64,000 nucleotides of DNA from an uncultured Alphaproteobacteria bacterium (GTDB lineage Bacteria; Pseudomonadota; Alphaproteobacteria; SHVP01), in the NCBI GenBank assembly GCA_964350495.1, contig CAYGKG010000003.1, positions 4,825 to 68,824 of the forward strand, in the 5' to 3' direction. The notes under the pieces are model-generated. The model saw only the letters and a program-made list of their open reading frames with translations. It made no database searches and was not told the origin of the DNA. Positions 1 through 9,440 of this stretch are shown here, piece after piece. How positions within the stretch are numbered: the stretch's first letter is position 1; the number at the start of each line of letters is the position of its first letter. Position numbers and translations under genes: made by a program.

Positions 1-1021
1 GCCAACGAAGATCCGAATCGAAGAACGCGCGGAGGTCGGGGATGCCGTATTTGAGCATCGCGATTCGGTCGATCCCGACGCCGAAGGCAAAGCCCTGATA
101 CTCGGTCGAATCGACCCCGCAGTTTTCAAGGACGCGTGGATTGACCATGCCACAGCCGAGGATTTCCAACCAGTCGTCACCCGCACCGATACGCAATTCG
201 CCGTCGGCCCGCGAACACCCGATATCCATCTCGGCACTCGGTTCGGTGAACGGAAAATAGCTCGGCCGGAATCGGTACGGGAGGTCGTCAACGTCGAAGA
301 ACGCCCGGGCAAACTCGATCAAACACCCCTTCAGATGACCCATGTGGGTCGTTTTGTCGATCACCAGGCCCTCCACCTGATGAAACATCGGGGTGTGGGT
401 CATGTCCGAGTCGGACCGGTAGGTACGGCCGGGCACGATGATCCGATGCGGCGGCGGGCGCGACATCATTGAGCGAATTTGTACCGTCGAGGTGTGGGTC
501 CGGAGCAATTTCTGTGCACCCGAATCATCCAGCGCGAGATAGAACGTATCGTGCATCTGGCGGGCCGGGTGCTCGGGCGGCATGTTGAGCGCCGTGAAAT
601 TGTGAAAGTCATCTTCGACGTCGGGCCCTTCGGCGAGCTCGAAACCCATGTCGGCAAAGATCGCGATCAGCTCCTCGGTCACTTGGCTGACCGGATGAAC
701 CGTGCCGACGTGTTCCGGCCGAACCGGCAACGATAGATCGACGCTCTCCTCCCTCAAGCGAACTTCGAGATGCGCCGCTTCGAGGTCGGCGCGGCGCGCA
801 TCGATCGCTGCCGAAACGCGCGCCTTCAGACCGTTCAACAGGGGGCCCGCGTTGCGCCGCTCTTCGGGCGCCATAGATCCGAGCGCCTTCATCATGTCGG
901 TGATTTGGCCCTTACGGCCAAGCGCGCGCACACGCACCTCTTCAAGCGCGTCGAGGCTTTCGGCTGCCTTTACGGCAGCCATTAGCGCGGATTCGGTTTC
1001 TGTCGGGTCTTGCATAGTCAT
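1..1021 (-). CDS. pheS: Phenylalanine--tRNA ligase alpha subunit (3-prime end runs off the window start)
   Basis: Manual minus-strand translation from ATG 1021 gives [11 protein letters not shown]...[11 protein letters not shown]...[10 protein letters not shown]...[10 protein letters not shown]...[18 protein letters not shown], typical class II PheS motifs. It sits directly downstream of rpmI-rplT as in the conserved operon. It is absent from the ORF track because no stop lies inside the window. Confidence 0.9.
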   Translation of the reverse strand, partial: MTMQDPTETESALMAAVKAAESLDALEEVRVRALGRKGQITDMMKALGSMAPEERRNAGPLLNGLKARVSAAIDARRADLEAAHLEVRLREESVDLSLPVRPEHVGTVHPVSQVTEELIAIFADMGFELAEGPDVEDDFHNFTALNMPPEHPARQMHDTFYLALDDSGAQKLLRTHTSTVQIRSMMSRPPPHRIIVPGRTYRSDSDMTHTPMFHQVEGLVIDKTTHMGHLKGCLIEFARAFFDVDDLPYRFRPSYFPFTEPSAEMDIGCSRADGELRIGAGDDWLEILGCGMVNPRVLENCGVDSTEYQGFAFGVGIDRIAMLKYGIPDLRAFFDSDLRW

Positions 1022-1075
1022 CACTAGAGGGTTCCCAGTTGGACCCTTCGAGAGTGACTTTCCGAGAGGGCCGAT

Positions 1076-1462
1076 TTAGGCCGTCGCGTCAGCCTTTTCC
1101 GGTGCGGTAGCAAGGGCAGTTTGTGCCGCTTCGGCGAGTTTGCCGAAGGCCCCAGGCTCCTTAACAGCGAGGTCGGCCAGCACCTTACGGTCAACCTCGA
1201 CGCCCGCGAGCTTGAGGCCGTTGATAAATCGCCCGTAGGTCAGACCGTGCTCGCGCGCGGCGGCATTGATGCGCTGAATCCAAAGGGCGCGAAACTGCCG
1301 CTTGCGAACGCGCCGATCGCGGTACGCGTACTGAAGGCTCTTTTCGACCTTCTCGATCGCGATGCGAAAGGAACTGTTGCTACGACCGCGGAATCCTTTC
1401 GCGGCTTTGACGACCTTGCGGTGACGGGCGTGCGAAGTGACGCCCCGTTTAACGCGTGCCAT
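1076..1462 (-). CDS. rplT: 50S ribosomal protein L20
   Basis: 128-aa ORF starting [17 protein letters not shown]..., a characteristic L20 N-terminus. It is 9 nt downstream of rpmI. Confidence 0.95.
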   Translation of the reverse strand: MARVKRGVTSHARHRKVVKAAKGFRGRSNSSFRIAIEKVEKSLQYAYRDRRVRKRQFRALWIQRINAAAREHGLTYGRFINGLKLAGVEVDRKVLADLAVKEPGAFGKLAEAAQTALATAPEKADATA

Positions 1463-1471
1463 GGCGCTGCC

Positions 1472-1669
1472 CTAACCGTATGGGATGAAACGTTTGACGA
1501 TCTTTGCGTCTGGTGCGCTCAAGATCGACGTTCCGCGCTGGGCGCGGATTTGTTTGTTGGTCCGCTTGATCATGCCATGTTGCTTGTTGGCCTGATTCAT
1601 CCGAACCTTGCCCGTACCGGTAAGGCTGAAGCGCTTTTTGGCGCCACTTTTCGTCTTTAGCTTGGGCAT
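1472..1669 (-). CDS. rpmI: 50S ribosomal protein L35
   Basis: An internal ATG at 1669 of the 117-aa track ORF gives the 65-aa [32 protein letters not shown]..., the L35 signature. AAAGGAAG lies upstream of this ATG. Confidence 0.9.
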   Translation of the reverse strand: MPKLKTKSGAKKRFSLTGTGKVRMNQANKQHGMIKRTNKQIRAQRGTSILSAPDAKIVKRFIPYG

Positions 1670-1745
1670 TTGCTTCCTTTCAAATCGCGCTGAAGCTTTT
1701 CGGCGGATAGGCATGCCCTTTCGGCCCGGCCACCTTGAGGCGGGG

Positions 1746-1774
1746 TTTATAGCGGCCCGGTGGGCGCAAAACAA
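1746..1774 (-). promoter_or_regulatory. Candidate sigma70-type promoter for rpmI-rplT-pheS (TTGTTT-N17-TATAAA on the minus strand)
   Basis: The minus strand reads TTGTTT (1774-1769), then 17 nt, then TATAAA (1751-1746), about 75 nt upstream of the rpmI ATG. This is a motif match only. Confidence 0.3.
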
Positions 1775-1821
1775 GGGTCGCGCGGCGCAGGTAGACCATC
1801 CAGTCGATGATAGGCTTGCTT

Positions 1822-1857
1822 CCATATATGAATAGGTGTTTATATATTGTCATATGG
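1822..1857. promoter_or_regulatory. AT-rich imperfect inverted repeat, candidate ArsR/SmtB operator overlapping the regulator start codon
   Basis: CCATATATGAATA (1822-1834) and TATTGTCATATGG (1845-1857) are reverse complements at 10 of 13 positions. They form an AT-rich island in a GC-rich genome and span the ATG at 1854. Confidence 0.35.
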
Positions 1858-2153
1858 ATCGTCTTACGGAACTTGCTGAAGTCTTCCGCTTGCTCGGCGA
1901 TCCGAGCCGCCTTCGCGTCCTCTTGGAATGCCGCAAGGGGCCTATCCCGGTCGGCGACATCGCTCGCGCAACCGATCTATCGCCTTCGCTCGTCAGCCAT
2001 CACCTCCGCCTGCTCCGCGCCACCCGCATTGTCAGCACCGAGCGCAAGGGGCGGCTTGTCCTGTACATCTTGTCCGACCACCACATCGACCGCGTCCTCA
2101 CCGATATGCTGGAGCATCTATCCGAACCTGACACCGACGATGGCGCGCGCTAG
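1854..2153 (+). CDS. ArsR/SmtB-family metalloregulator with an SmtB/CzrA-type alpha5 metal site
   Basis: The winged-HTH region reads VGDIARATDLSPSLVSHHLRLLRATRIV. The C-terminal DHHIDRVLTDMLEHLSE fits D-x-H-x10-H-x2-E. Start taken at ATG 1854 (MDRLTE...) rather than the track GTG at 1836. Confidence 0.8.
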   Translation: MDRLTELAEVFRLLGDPSRLRVLLECRKGPIPVGDIARATDLSPSLVSHHLRLLRATRIVSTERKGRLVLYILSDHHIDRVLTDMLEHLSEPDTDDGAR

Positions 2154-2780
2154 ATGCCGGGTTGCAGCCACCATCATCCGACGGCGCCGATCGACGATTC
2201 CCGTTACCGCCAGGCCCTTGTCGCGGTTCTCGTCATCAATGCGGCGATGTTTGCAATCGAGGGGACGGCCGGGCTGGTCGGCGGTTCTGTCGCCCTTCAG
2301 GCCGATGCACTGGACTTTCTCGGCGATGCGGCGACCTACGCCCTGAGCCTAGCCGTGCTCGGCTCTGCCTTGCGCTGGCGCGCTTCGGCCGCACTGGTGA
2401 AGGGCGTAACGATGGCGACCTTCGGTTCCTGGGTCGTGGGCGCTTCGATCTATCAGGCGGTAGTCGAGACCGTCCCGTCGGCGCCGATGATGAGCGGGGT
2501 CGGGATTGCCGCCTTGGCGGCAAACCTCGCCAGCGCCGCGATCCTATTTCGCTTTCGATCGGGCGATTCGAACCGCCTCTCGGCCTGGCTGTGTACGCGC
2601 AACGATGCCATCGGCAATGTCGCCGTGATTGCCGCCGGAGGCGCAGTGTTTCTGACGAATAGCGGGTGGCCGGACGTCGCGGTCGGCCTGGTCATGGGCG
2701 GTCTTGCGCTACAAAGCGCCTATCTTGTGATCACCCAAGCCAAACAAGAACTGGTCGCCGTGCGCCTCACTGCGGAATGA
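2154..2780 (+). CDS. Cation diffusion facilitator (CDF) family divalent-metal efflux protein, short form without a cytoplasmic C-terminal domain
   Basis: 208 aa with six predicted hydrophobic helices. TM2 carries DFLGD (D-x-x-x-D) and TM5 carries CTRND. The N-terminus MPGCSHHHP is Cys/His-rich. The ATG immediately follows the regulator stop codon. Confidence 0.8.
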   Translation: MPGCSHHHPTAPIDDSRYRQALVAVLVINAAMFAIEGTAGLVGGSVALQADALDFLGDAATYALSLAVLGSALRWRASAALVKGVTMATFGSWVVGASIYQAVVETVPSAPMMSGVGIAALAANLASAAILFRFRSGDSNRLSAWLCTRNDAIGNVAVIAAGGAVFLTNSGWPDVAVGLVMGGLALQSAYLVITQAKQELVAVRLTAE

Positions 2781-2813
2781 CGCGACGGCCGAACACCGAC
2801 CTCCGCGCTTCGA

Positions 2814-3356
2814 TCAGCGCGGGGCAATGACCATAGTCATAAGGCGGCCTTCCATTTTCGGGAACTGCTCGACCTTGGCCATTTCCTCGACGTCGTCGCG
2901 AACCCGTTCGAGCACGCGCATACCGATGTCCTGATGGGCCATTTCGCGGCCCCGGAAACGAAGCGTCACCTTGACCTTGTCACCCTCATCGATGAATCGA
3001 ACGATCGACCGCATTTTGACATCGTAGTCGTGGTCGTCGATCCCCGGCCGCATCTTGATCTCTTTGACCTCGATGACCTTTTGCTTCTTCCGGGCAGCAT
3101 TCGCCTTTTTCTGCGCCTCGTATTTGAACTTTCCATAGTCCAGCAACTTGCAGACAGGCGGGCTTGAATTGGGGGCGACTTCGACGAGGTCCAAACCGGC
3201 TTCTTCAGCCATAGCAAGGGCCTCTTCAATTCCAACAACGCCAACGACCTCGCCATCGGCTGCTACCAGCCTAACGGAGGAAACGTTGATCTCGTCGTTG
3301 ACGCGCGGCCCTTGTTTTGCGACAGGCGGCGGCGCGTGGTGTGGTCTCCTGGGTAT
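2814..3356 (-). CDS. infC: Translation initiation factor IF-3, with a non-canonical ATA start
   Basis: The track ORF (2814-3212) begins mid-protein. Extending the frame upstream gives ...[42 protein letters not shown], the IF-3 N-domain. No in-frame ATG/GTG/TTG precedes it. An ATA at 3356-3354 follows AAGGGAG after a 6-nt spacer and gives 180 aa. Confidence 0.85.
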   Translation of the reverse strand: MPRRPHHAPPPVAKQGPRVNDEINVSSVRLVAADGEVVGVVGIEEALAMAEEAGLDLVEVAPNSSPPVCKLLDYGKFKYEAQKKANAARKKQKVIEVKEIKMRPGIDDHDYDVKMRSIVRFIDEGDKVKVTLRFRGREMAHQDIGMRVLERVRDDVEEMAKVEQFPKMEGRLMTMVIAPR

Positions 3357-3439
3357 GCGTAACTCCCTTCCGTTGCTTCAAATTGACAGACCGCTTCGGT
3401 AGCCTAGGCCGCGCAACCGGTCCGTCAGTCGAACCGGTA

Positions 3440-5362
3440 CTACCGTCGATCTGGCGGGGCCGCTTCCTGGCGCAGGATATCGACTGCCTTGTCTTGCGCA
3501 AGGACTTCTTGCTGCTTATCCCCCAGCTTGCGGACCGACACCGTGTTTTCTGCAGCCTCGCGTTCACCCAACACGAAGATGTAAGGAACCTTCGCCAGCG
3601 AATGCTCGCGGACCTTGTAATTGATCTTTTCGTTGCGCAGATCGAGTTCAGCACGCAACCCCGCCGCCGCCAGTTGTTCGCGTACGCCCCGGGCGGCTTC
3701 GTCCGCCGCCTCGGTAATGGTCGCGACCACCGCCTGGACCGGCGCGAGCCACAATGGCATGCGCCCGGCATGGTGTTCGATCAAGATCGCGATAAAGCGC
3801 TCAAAACTGCCCAATATCGCGCGGTGCAACATCACCGGACGGTGCTTCGCCCCATCTTCGCCGACGTAGGTCGCGTCCAACCGCTCGGGCAGAACGAAGT
3901 CGACCTGCAAGGTACCGCACTGCCATGACCGCCCAATCGCGTCGGTCAGGTGAAATTCGAGCTTCGGTCCGTAGAACGCTCCTTCGCCCGGATTGAGCGA
4001 CCAGTCGAGGCCGGCGCTGTCCACGGCCTCGCGGAGCGCGGCCTCTGCACGATCCCACACGGCGTCGGATCCGGCCCGCACCGGCGGGCGATCGGCAAAA
4101 AGGACCTTCACCTCCTCGAACCCAAAATCGCGGTAGACCGACTGGAGCAACGCGCAAAACTCAAGCGTCTCGGCGTTGATCTGCTCCTCGGTACAAAAAA
4201 TGTGCGCGTCGTCCTGCGTGAACTGGCGCACGCGCATCAAACCGTGGAGCGCGCCCGACGGTTCGCTCCGGTGACACGACCCGAACTCCGCAAGCCTCAG
4301 CGGCAGGTCTCGGTAGCTCTTGAGGCCTTGACGAAAGATTTGAACGTGTCCGGGGCAATTCATCGGCTTCAGGGCGAGGACACGATCGCCCTCGTCATCG
4401 GCCGTATACATATTGTCCCGGAATTTTTCCCAGTGGCCCGACGCTTCCCAAAGCTTGCGATCGATTAGCTGCGGCGTCCTAACCTCACGGTAGTCGGATG
4501 CATCAAGGCGCCGGCGCATGTATTGCTCGGCCTCGCGGTAGATGGTCCAGCCCTTGGGGTGCCAAAATACGCTGCCCGCAGCTTCTTCCTGGAGGTGGAA
4601 CAGCGATAGTTCCCGACCGATGCGCCGGTGGTCGCGCTTTTCGGCCTCTTCCAGACGATGCAAATAGGCCTTGAGTTCTTTCTCGTTGCGCCACGCGGTG
4701 CCGTAAATTCGTTGCAGCATCGGGTTGCGCGAATCGCCGCGCCAGTAGGCGCCGGCAATGGACATCAGTTTGAAGGCATGCCCGAGTCGCCCTGTGGACG
4801 GGAGGTGGGGGCCGCGGCAAAGATCCAAAAAGTCGCCCTGGCGATAGACCGTCACCTCTTCCTCGACCGGCAACCCACCGATGATCTCGGCTTTGTAAAT
4901 TTCGCCCTTTTGCGTGAAATATGCGACCGCTTCGTCGCGATCCCAAACTTCACGGGCGATGACCTCGTCGCGGTCGACGATCTCATGCATGCGCGTTTCG
5001 ATCTTTTCGAGGTCTTCGGGTGTAAACGGTTCTTCGCGGGCGAAATCGTAATAGAAACCGTTTTCGATGTTCGGCCCGATCGTCACCTGAGCTTCGGGAT
5101 ACAACTCCTTGACCGCTTCGGCGAGCACATGGGCGGCATCGTGCCGCAGTATATCGAGCGCTTCCGCTTCGTCGTTCGCGGTAACGATTTCGATCGACGC
5201 ATCACGGTCGATCTCGCGGGACAGATCCCACAACGCCCCGTCGACCCGAATACACAGGGCAGCCTTGGCCAAGCCAGGTCCGATACCGCGAGCAATGCCG
5301 GCACCGGTCACAGGTTGGTCATGGGTTTGGATGCGCCCGTCGGGCAGCGTAATGGCAACCAT
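3440..5362 (-). CDS. thrS: Threonine--tRNA ligase
   Basis: 640-aa ORF with a TGS-like N-terminus ([10 protein letters not shown]...), the editing-domain HDAAHVLA motif and class II core motifs. It lies upstream of infC, as in the conserved thrS-infC arrangement. Confidence 0.95.
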   Translation of the reverse strand: MVAITLPDGRIQTHDQPVTGAGIARGIGPGLAKAALCIRVDGALWDLSREIDRDASIEIVTANDEAEALDILRHDAAHVLAEAVKELYPEAQVTIGPNIENGFYYDFAREEPFTPEDLEKIETRMHEIVDRDEVIAREVWDRDEAVAYFTQKGEIYKAEIIGGLPVEEEVTVYRQGDFLDLCRGPHLPSTGRLGHAFKLMSIAGAYWRGDSRNPMLQRIYGTAWRNEKELKAYLHRLEEAEKRDHRRIGRELSLFHLQEEAAGSVFWHPKGWTIYREAEQYMRRRLDASDYREVRTPQLIDRKLWEASGHWEKFRDNMYTADDEGDRVLALKPMNCPGHVQIFRQGLKSYRDLPLRLAEFGSCHRSEPSGALHGLMRVRQFTQDDAHIFCTEEQINAETLEFCALLQSVYRDFGFEEVKVLFADRPPVRAGSDAVWDRAEAALREAVDSAGLDWSLNPGEGAFYGPKLEFHLTDAIGRSWQCGTLQVDFVLPERLDATYVGEDGAKHRPVMLHRAILGSFERFIAILIEHHAGRMPLWLAPVQAVVATITEAADEAARGVREQLAAAGLRAELDLRNEKINYKVREHSLAKVPYIFVLGEREAAENTVSVRKLGDKQQEVLAQDKAVDILRQEAAPPDRR

Positions 5363-5440
5363 TGTTAAGCGATCTTTACTATGTTCGAAGGGGTGGGACT
5401 GTTGCGTTGGGCCGGATACTTGGGGCGTTCCTCGCCCAAG

Positions 5441-6634
5441 TCAAGAAACCGGCCCCTGCGGCGCCGTCCCGAGCACATCTTGATAGAGAGCGACCGTCGC
5501 GGCGCGCATTTGGGCAACAGTAAAGTGTTCGACAACGTGGGCCCGCGCGACCGTTGCCATCTTCGCCCGCGCCGCGGCGTCCATCGCGAGCGCGGCCGAG
5601 ATCGCTTCGGCAAGCGCCTTGGCGTCTCCAGGGGGAGCCAGCCACCCGGTTTCGCCGGGACGCACCGTTTCCCGTGCACCGCCGTGATCGCTCGCCACGA
5701 CCGGGCGGCCCATTGCTTGGGCCTCGACCGCAACCCGGCCGAAGCCTTCGGGGTCGGTTGACGCGGAGACCACGACGTCGGCCAACATGTAGGCCGCCGG
5801 CATGTCGCGGCAATGGTCCACAATGTGGACGACATGGTCGAGGTTTCGACTGCGCACAAGGTTTTCCAACTCGTTGCGATACCCGGTACGGCCCTGATCC
5901 GATCCGACCAGAAGGCACCGGACGTCGTCCCGACCGAGGTGAGCGAGGGCGTCGATCAAGACGTTCTGACCCTTCCACCGGGTCAAGCGCCCCGGCAGCA
6001 TAATCACCGGCATCCCATCCTGGAGGCGCCAGGCGGTTGCAAGCTGAATGATGCGCTCCGCTGAGACGCGCTGCGGGTCGAATAGCCCGACATCGACGCC
6101 GCGAGGTATGGTAGCGATACGCTGGGGAGCGATACCGTGCCGCTGCTGGATGTGGCGTGCGATGAATTCCGAAATCGCGATCACCCTTTCGCCACGGGCC
6201 ATCACCGAGTTGTACAAATTCTTGATCGGGTTGGTCGCGTTGTAGGCTCCATGATAGGTCGTCACGAAATGCGTCCCGATTCGCCGCGCCGCGATCATCG
6301 CGCTCCAACCAGGAGCGCGGCTGCGAGCATGAACAATGTCGACCTTGCGATCAAAGATCAGCTCGGTGAGAGCGCCGGCGTTGCGATGCATTGTCCAGGG
6401 TTTTTTCGAGTGAAGCGGCAACGTGATATGCTCGCTCCCCACCCGTTCGAGGTCGGCGACCATCGGTCCGCCGGCCGACGCCACAATGCTAACCCAACCC
6501 ATGCTCGCCACTGCCGCGGCGATATCGACGGTCCCGCGCTCAACCCCGCCGGTGACGAGTTCCGGCAATACCTGCAAGATCACCGGGACGCGGGGACCGC
6601 TTCGGAGCGGACGTGTCTGTTCGACAGAGATCAT
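5441..6634 (-). CDS. Glycosyltransferase family 4 (GT-B, group 1) protein
   Basis: 397 aa with a typical GT4 C-terminal region (...EGFGRVAVEAQAMGRPVVASDHGGARETV...), the E-x7-E-like motif. Confidence 0.8.
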   Translation of the reverse strand: MISVEQTRPLRSGPRVPVILQVLPELVTGGVERGTVDIAAAVASMGWVSIVASAGGPMVADLERVGSEHITLPLHSKKPWTMHRNAGALTELIFDRKVDIVHARSRAPGWSAMIAARRIGTHFVTTYHGAYNATNPIKNLYNSVMARGERVIAISEFIARHIQQRHGIAPQRIATIPRGVDVGLFDPQRVSAERIIQLATAWRLQDGMPVIMLPGRLTRWKGQNVLIDALAHLGRDDVRCLLVGSDQGRTGYRNELENLVRSRNLDHVVHIVDHCRDMPAAYMLADVVVSASTDPEGFGRVAVEAQAMGRPVVASDHGGARETVRPGETGWLAPPGDAKALAEAISAALAMDAAARAKMATVARAHVVEHFTVAQMRAATVALYQDVLGTAPQGPVS

Positions 6635-6648
6635 GCGACCGGACGCCT

Positions 6649-7428
6649 ATGAACGATATCTCTCACCAGACCGAAAATTCGCCGCAAAAACTGGCGCGCG
6701 GCGACGGCCACGACATTGCTTATCATTGTACGCGAGGCGAATCACCCGGCGTCATTTTTCTCGGCGGATTTCGCTCCGATATGACGGGCACCAAGGCGAC
6801 AGCGCTTGAACGGGCTTGCCGCGACGCCAACCGCGCGTTCATTCGCTTCGATTATTTCGGCCACGGCGCGTCGTCGGGTGACTTTCGCGCCGGGACGATC
6901 GGTCGATGGTTTGACGATGCCGTCGCGGTGGTGGACCGACTCACGACAGGCCCGCAGGTCCTGGTCGGTTCAAGTATGGGCGGTTGGATCATGCTTCTCC
7001 TGGCGCGCGCGCGGCCCGAACGGGTTGCGGGCATGGTCGGAATCGCCGCCGCACCGGATTTCACCCAAGACCTGATGTGGGACACCTTCGACGAAACCAT
7101 CCGAGCAACGCTTGTGGCCGACGGCGTCTATTTCGAACCGTCACCCTACGATCCCGAACCGACCCCAATCACCCACACTCTCATCATCGAAGGCCGCAAT
7201 CATCTGGTCCTGCGCCAGCCAATCCCCTTCGCCGGTCCGGTCAGACTGATTCATGGGATCGACGATCCCGACGTCCCTTGGCAGCATGCGTTGAAAACGG
7301 CAGACGCTCTCACAAGCCGCGATGTCGTCGTCACGCTCATCAAGGACGGCGACCACCGCCTGTCCGAGCCGGCGCAGATCAACCGAATCCTCCGGACGGT
7401 GGAGGAAACCTGTGCCCTTGCAGTCTAG
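6649..7428 (+). CDS. Alpha/beta-fold hydrolase
   Basis: Nucleophile elbow GSSMGG, plus a C-terminal D...H pair (IHGIDDPDVPWQH..., DGDHRL). Start moved to ATG 6649 (MNDISHQ) to avoid overlap with the divergent GT4 start. Confidence 0.75.
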   Translation: MNDISHQTENSPQKLARGDGHDIAYHCTRGESPGVIFLGGFRSDMTGTKATALERACRDANRAFIRFDYFGHGASSGDFRAGTIGRWFDDAVAVVDRLTTGPQVLVGSSMGGWIMLLLARARPERVAGMVGIAAAPDFTQDLMWDTFDETIRATLVADGVYFEPSPYDPEPTPITHTLIIEGRNHLVLRQPIPFAGPVRLIHGIDDPDVPWQHALKTADALTSRDVVVTLIKDGDHRLSEPAQINRILRTVEETCALAV

Positions 7429-8309
7429 AAACCGCCATTTTCGCGGCTCGGCGAAGCGGCAAGGGCGGCGAGACCGTCTCGGTAGGTCGGATAGCATAGC
7501 CGATAGCCGAGTTCACGCTTCATTCGATCGTTGCGGACCCGTTTGCAGTCCTCATAGAAGCTGCGCGCCATAGCCGACATCTCGGCATCGGTGAAGTCCT
7601 CGGTTGGCGGCGGCTCGATCCCGAGCAAACCACAACCGTAGGTCACCACGTCCTGGGGCGGCGCCGGTTCATCGTCGGTCACGTTGTAGATGGCGCCGGG
7701 GCGCGGATTCTCCATCGAGGCGCTTAGGACACCGACGATATCGGCGAGATGAATCCGCCCCAGCACAAGACCAGGCTTCACGATGCGCCGGGCATCGCCA
7801 TGCCGAATGCGATCTAGAGGACTCCGACCCGGTCCATAGATCCCAGCGAGTCGAAAGATATGGGTCGGAATGCCGTGTGCGCGGTAGAGGTCCAGCCACG
7901 CCCGCTCCGACGCGACACGACGTTGGCTCCGGATACCGGTTGGCCGAAGTTCCGCATCTTCATCCACCCAGTCACCGCCGCGATCGCCGTATACCCCGGT
8001 CGTCGAGAGAAGAGCGGCCCATTGCAGCCGGCCAGCCACTGTGACGTTTTCCGCCAACCATGCTGCCGCCAGGTCGCCGTGCTCGTCGGGGGAAATCGAG
8101 GAAATCACGTGGGTCGCACCGTCAAGGACATCGGCGGAAAGCGCATCTTGGCGGGAAAACAACACCGTCCCGAACCCGCGCGCGGCAAGATCCACCCGCT
8201 TCTCGTCTGACCGACAGGTACCGACAATCGTCCAACCCTGGGGCAACAAACGCTGGGCCAGCGCCGCGGCGCTGTATCCCATACCCAAGCACACCAGTTT
8301 CTTCGTCAT
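7425..8309 (-). CDS. NAD(P)-binding SDR / epimerase-dehydratase family protein
   Basis: Rossmann-type N-terminus KKLVCLGMGYSAAALAQRL. Start set at ATG 8309, which forms an ATGA overlap with the queG stop. Confidence 0.7.
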   Translation of the reverse strand: MTKKLVCLGMGYSAAALAQRLLPQGWTIVGTCRSDEKRVDLAARGFGTVLFSRQDALSADVLDGATHVISSISPDEHGDLAAAWLAENVTVAGRLQWAALLSTTGVYGDRGGDWVDEDAELRPTGIRSQRRVASERAWLDLYRAHGIPTHIFRLAGIYGPGRSPLDRIRHGDARRIVKPGLVLGRIHLADIVGVLSASMENPRPGAIYNVTDDEPAPPQDVVTYGCGLLGIEPPPTEDFTDAEMSAMARSFYEDCKRVRNDRMKRELGYRLCYPTYRDGLAALAASPSRENGGF

Positions 8310-9427
8310 TGGCCGCGCACCTGTCGCCATTCTTCGAGAACGTCGGGATCGGTCTCGTCAGCGACATGATCGCGCGCCAGCCGATCGCACGTGGCGCTAT
8401 CGCCAAGGCGTCCAAGCGCCCAGACAGCCATAGCGCGGACCAACGGGGATTCGTCGCGCAACCGCTCGATGACCCGCGGGAGCAATGCAGGGTCGCCGCT
8501 ATTGCCAATGGCGATCAGGACGTTGCGGACAAAGCGCGCCCGGCCGGTCCGCTTGATCGGCGACTTGCGGAAAAACGTGCGAAAAGCGTCGTCAGTCAGC
8601 GCGACAAGGTCGGCAAGCGGCGGCGCTCTAAGCTCCTCCCGCGCCCAAAGTTGGGTGTGCTGAGACACCTCGGCAAACCGGTTCCACGGGCACACCGCCA
8701 AACAATCGTCGCAGCCATAGATACGATTGCCGATCAACGGTCGGAGCGCGCGGTCGATATGCCCTTTGTGCTCAATCGTGAGGTAGGAAATGCAGCGCCG
8801 CGCGTCCAATCGATAGGGGGCCGGGAACGCATCGGTCGGACAGACCGTCAGGCACCGCGCACATGTTCCACAATGGTCGCCGTGCGGCGCATCGGGTGGC
8901 AAATCGGCAGCGACGAAGATCTCGCCCAGGAACAGCCACGAGCCATACCGGCGCGACACCAGGTTCGTGTGTTTGCCTTGCCAACCCAGGCCGGCGGCCT
9001 GGGCGACCGGCTTTTCCATCACCGGCGCGGTATCTACGAAAACCTTGACCTCAACCCCTAAGTATTCGTTTACCCAGCGTCCCAATGCCTTCAGACGCTT
9101 CTTCATGACGTCGTGATAGTCATCGCCGCGTGCATACACCGAGATGGCGCCATGCCCAGGCATTGCCAGAGCGGTAAGCGGATCGTCCGGCGGGGCATAG
9201 TTCATCGCGACTGAAACGACGCTGCGCACCCCGCCCCACAGCGCGGGCGGGTTTTGCCGTTCGGTCATTCGGTCGGCAAGCCACGTCATCCCGCCGTGGG
9301 CGCCGTCAGCGACGAATGCCGCCAACACCTCACCGGGCCGCGGCCCAATATCGGCCGGTCCAACGCCAACGGTGTCGAAACCCAGTTCGAGCGCCCGCGC
9401 GCGTATCGCCTCACGCTGCGCGCTCAT
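8306..9427 (-). CDS. queG: tRNA epoxyqueuosine(34) reductase
   Basis: Two 4Fe-4S ferredoxin motifs (CGTCARCLTVCP, CDDCLAVCPWN) and a C-terminal HEAT-like repeat region (ESPLVRAMAVWALGRLG). Start taken at ATG 9427 (MSAQREAIRARALELGFD), 13 nt after the GST stop. Confidence 0.85.
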   Translation of the reverse strand: MSAQREAIRARALELGFDTVGVGPADIGPRPGEVLAAFVADGAHGGMTWLADRMTERQNPPALWGGVRSVVSVAMNYAPPDDPLTALAMPGHGAISVYARGDDYHDVMKKRLKALGRWVNEYLGVEVKVFVDTAPVMEKPVAQAAGLGWQGKHTNLVSRRYGSWLFLGEIFVAADLPPDAPHGDHCGTCARCLTVCPTDAFPAPYRLDARRCISYLTIEHKGHIDRALRPLIGNRIYGCDDCLAVCPWNRFAEVSQHTQLWAREELRAPPLADLVALTDDAFRTFFRKSPIKRTGRARFVRNVLIAIGNSGDPALLPRVIERLRDESPLVRAMAVWALGRLGDSATCDRLARDHVADETDPDVLEEWRQVRGQ

Positions 9428-9440
9428 CGTCCCGCCTCGA

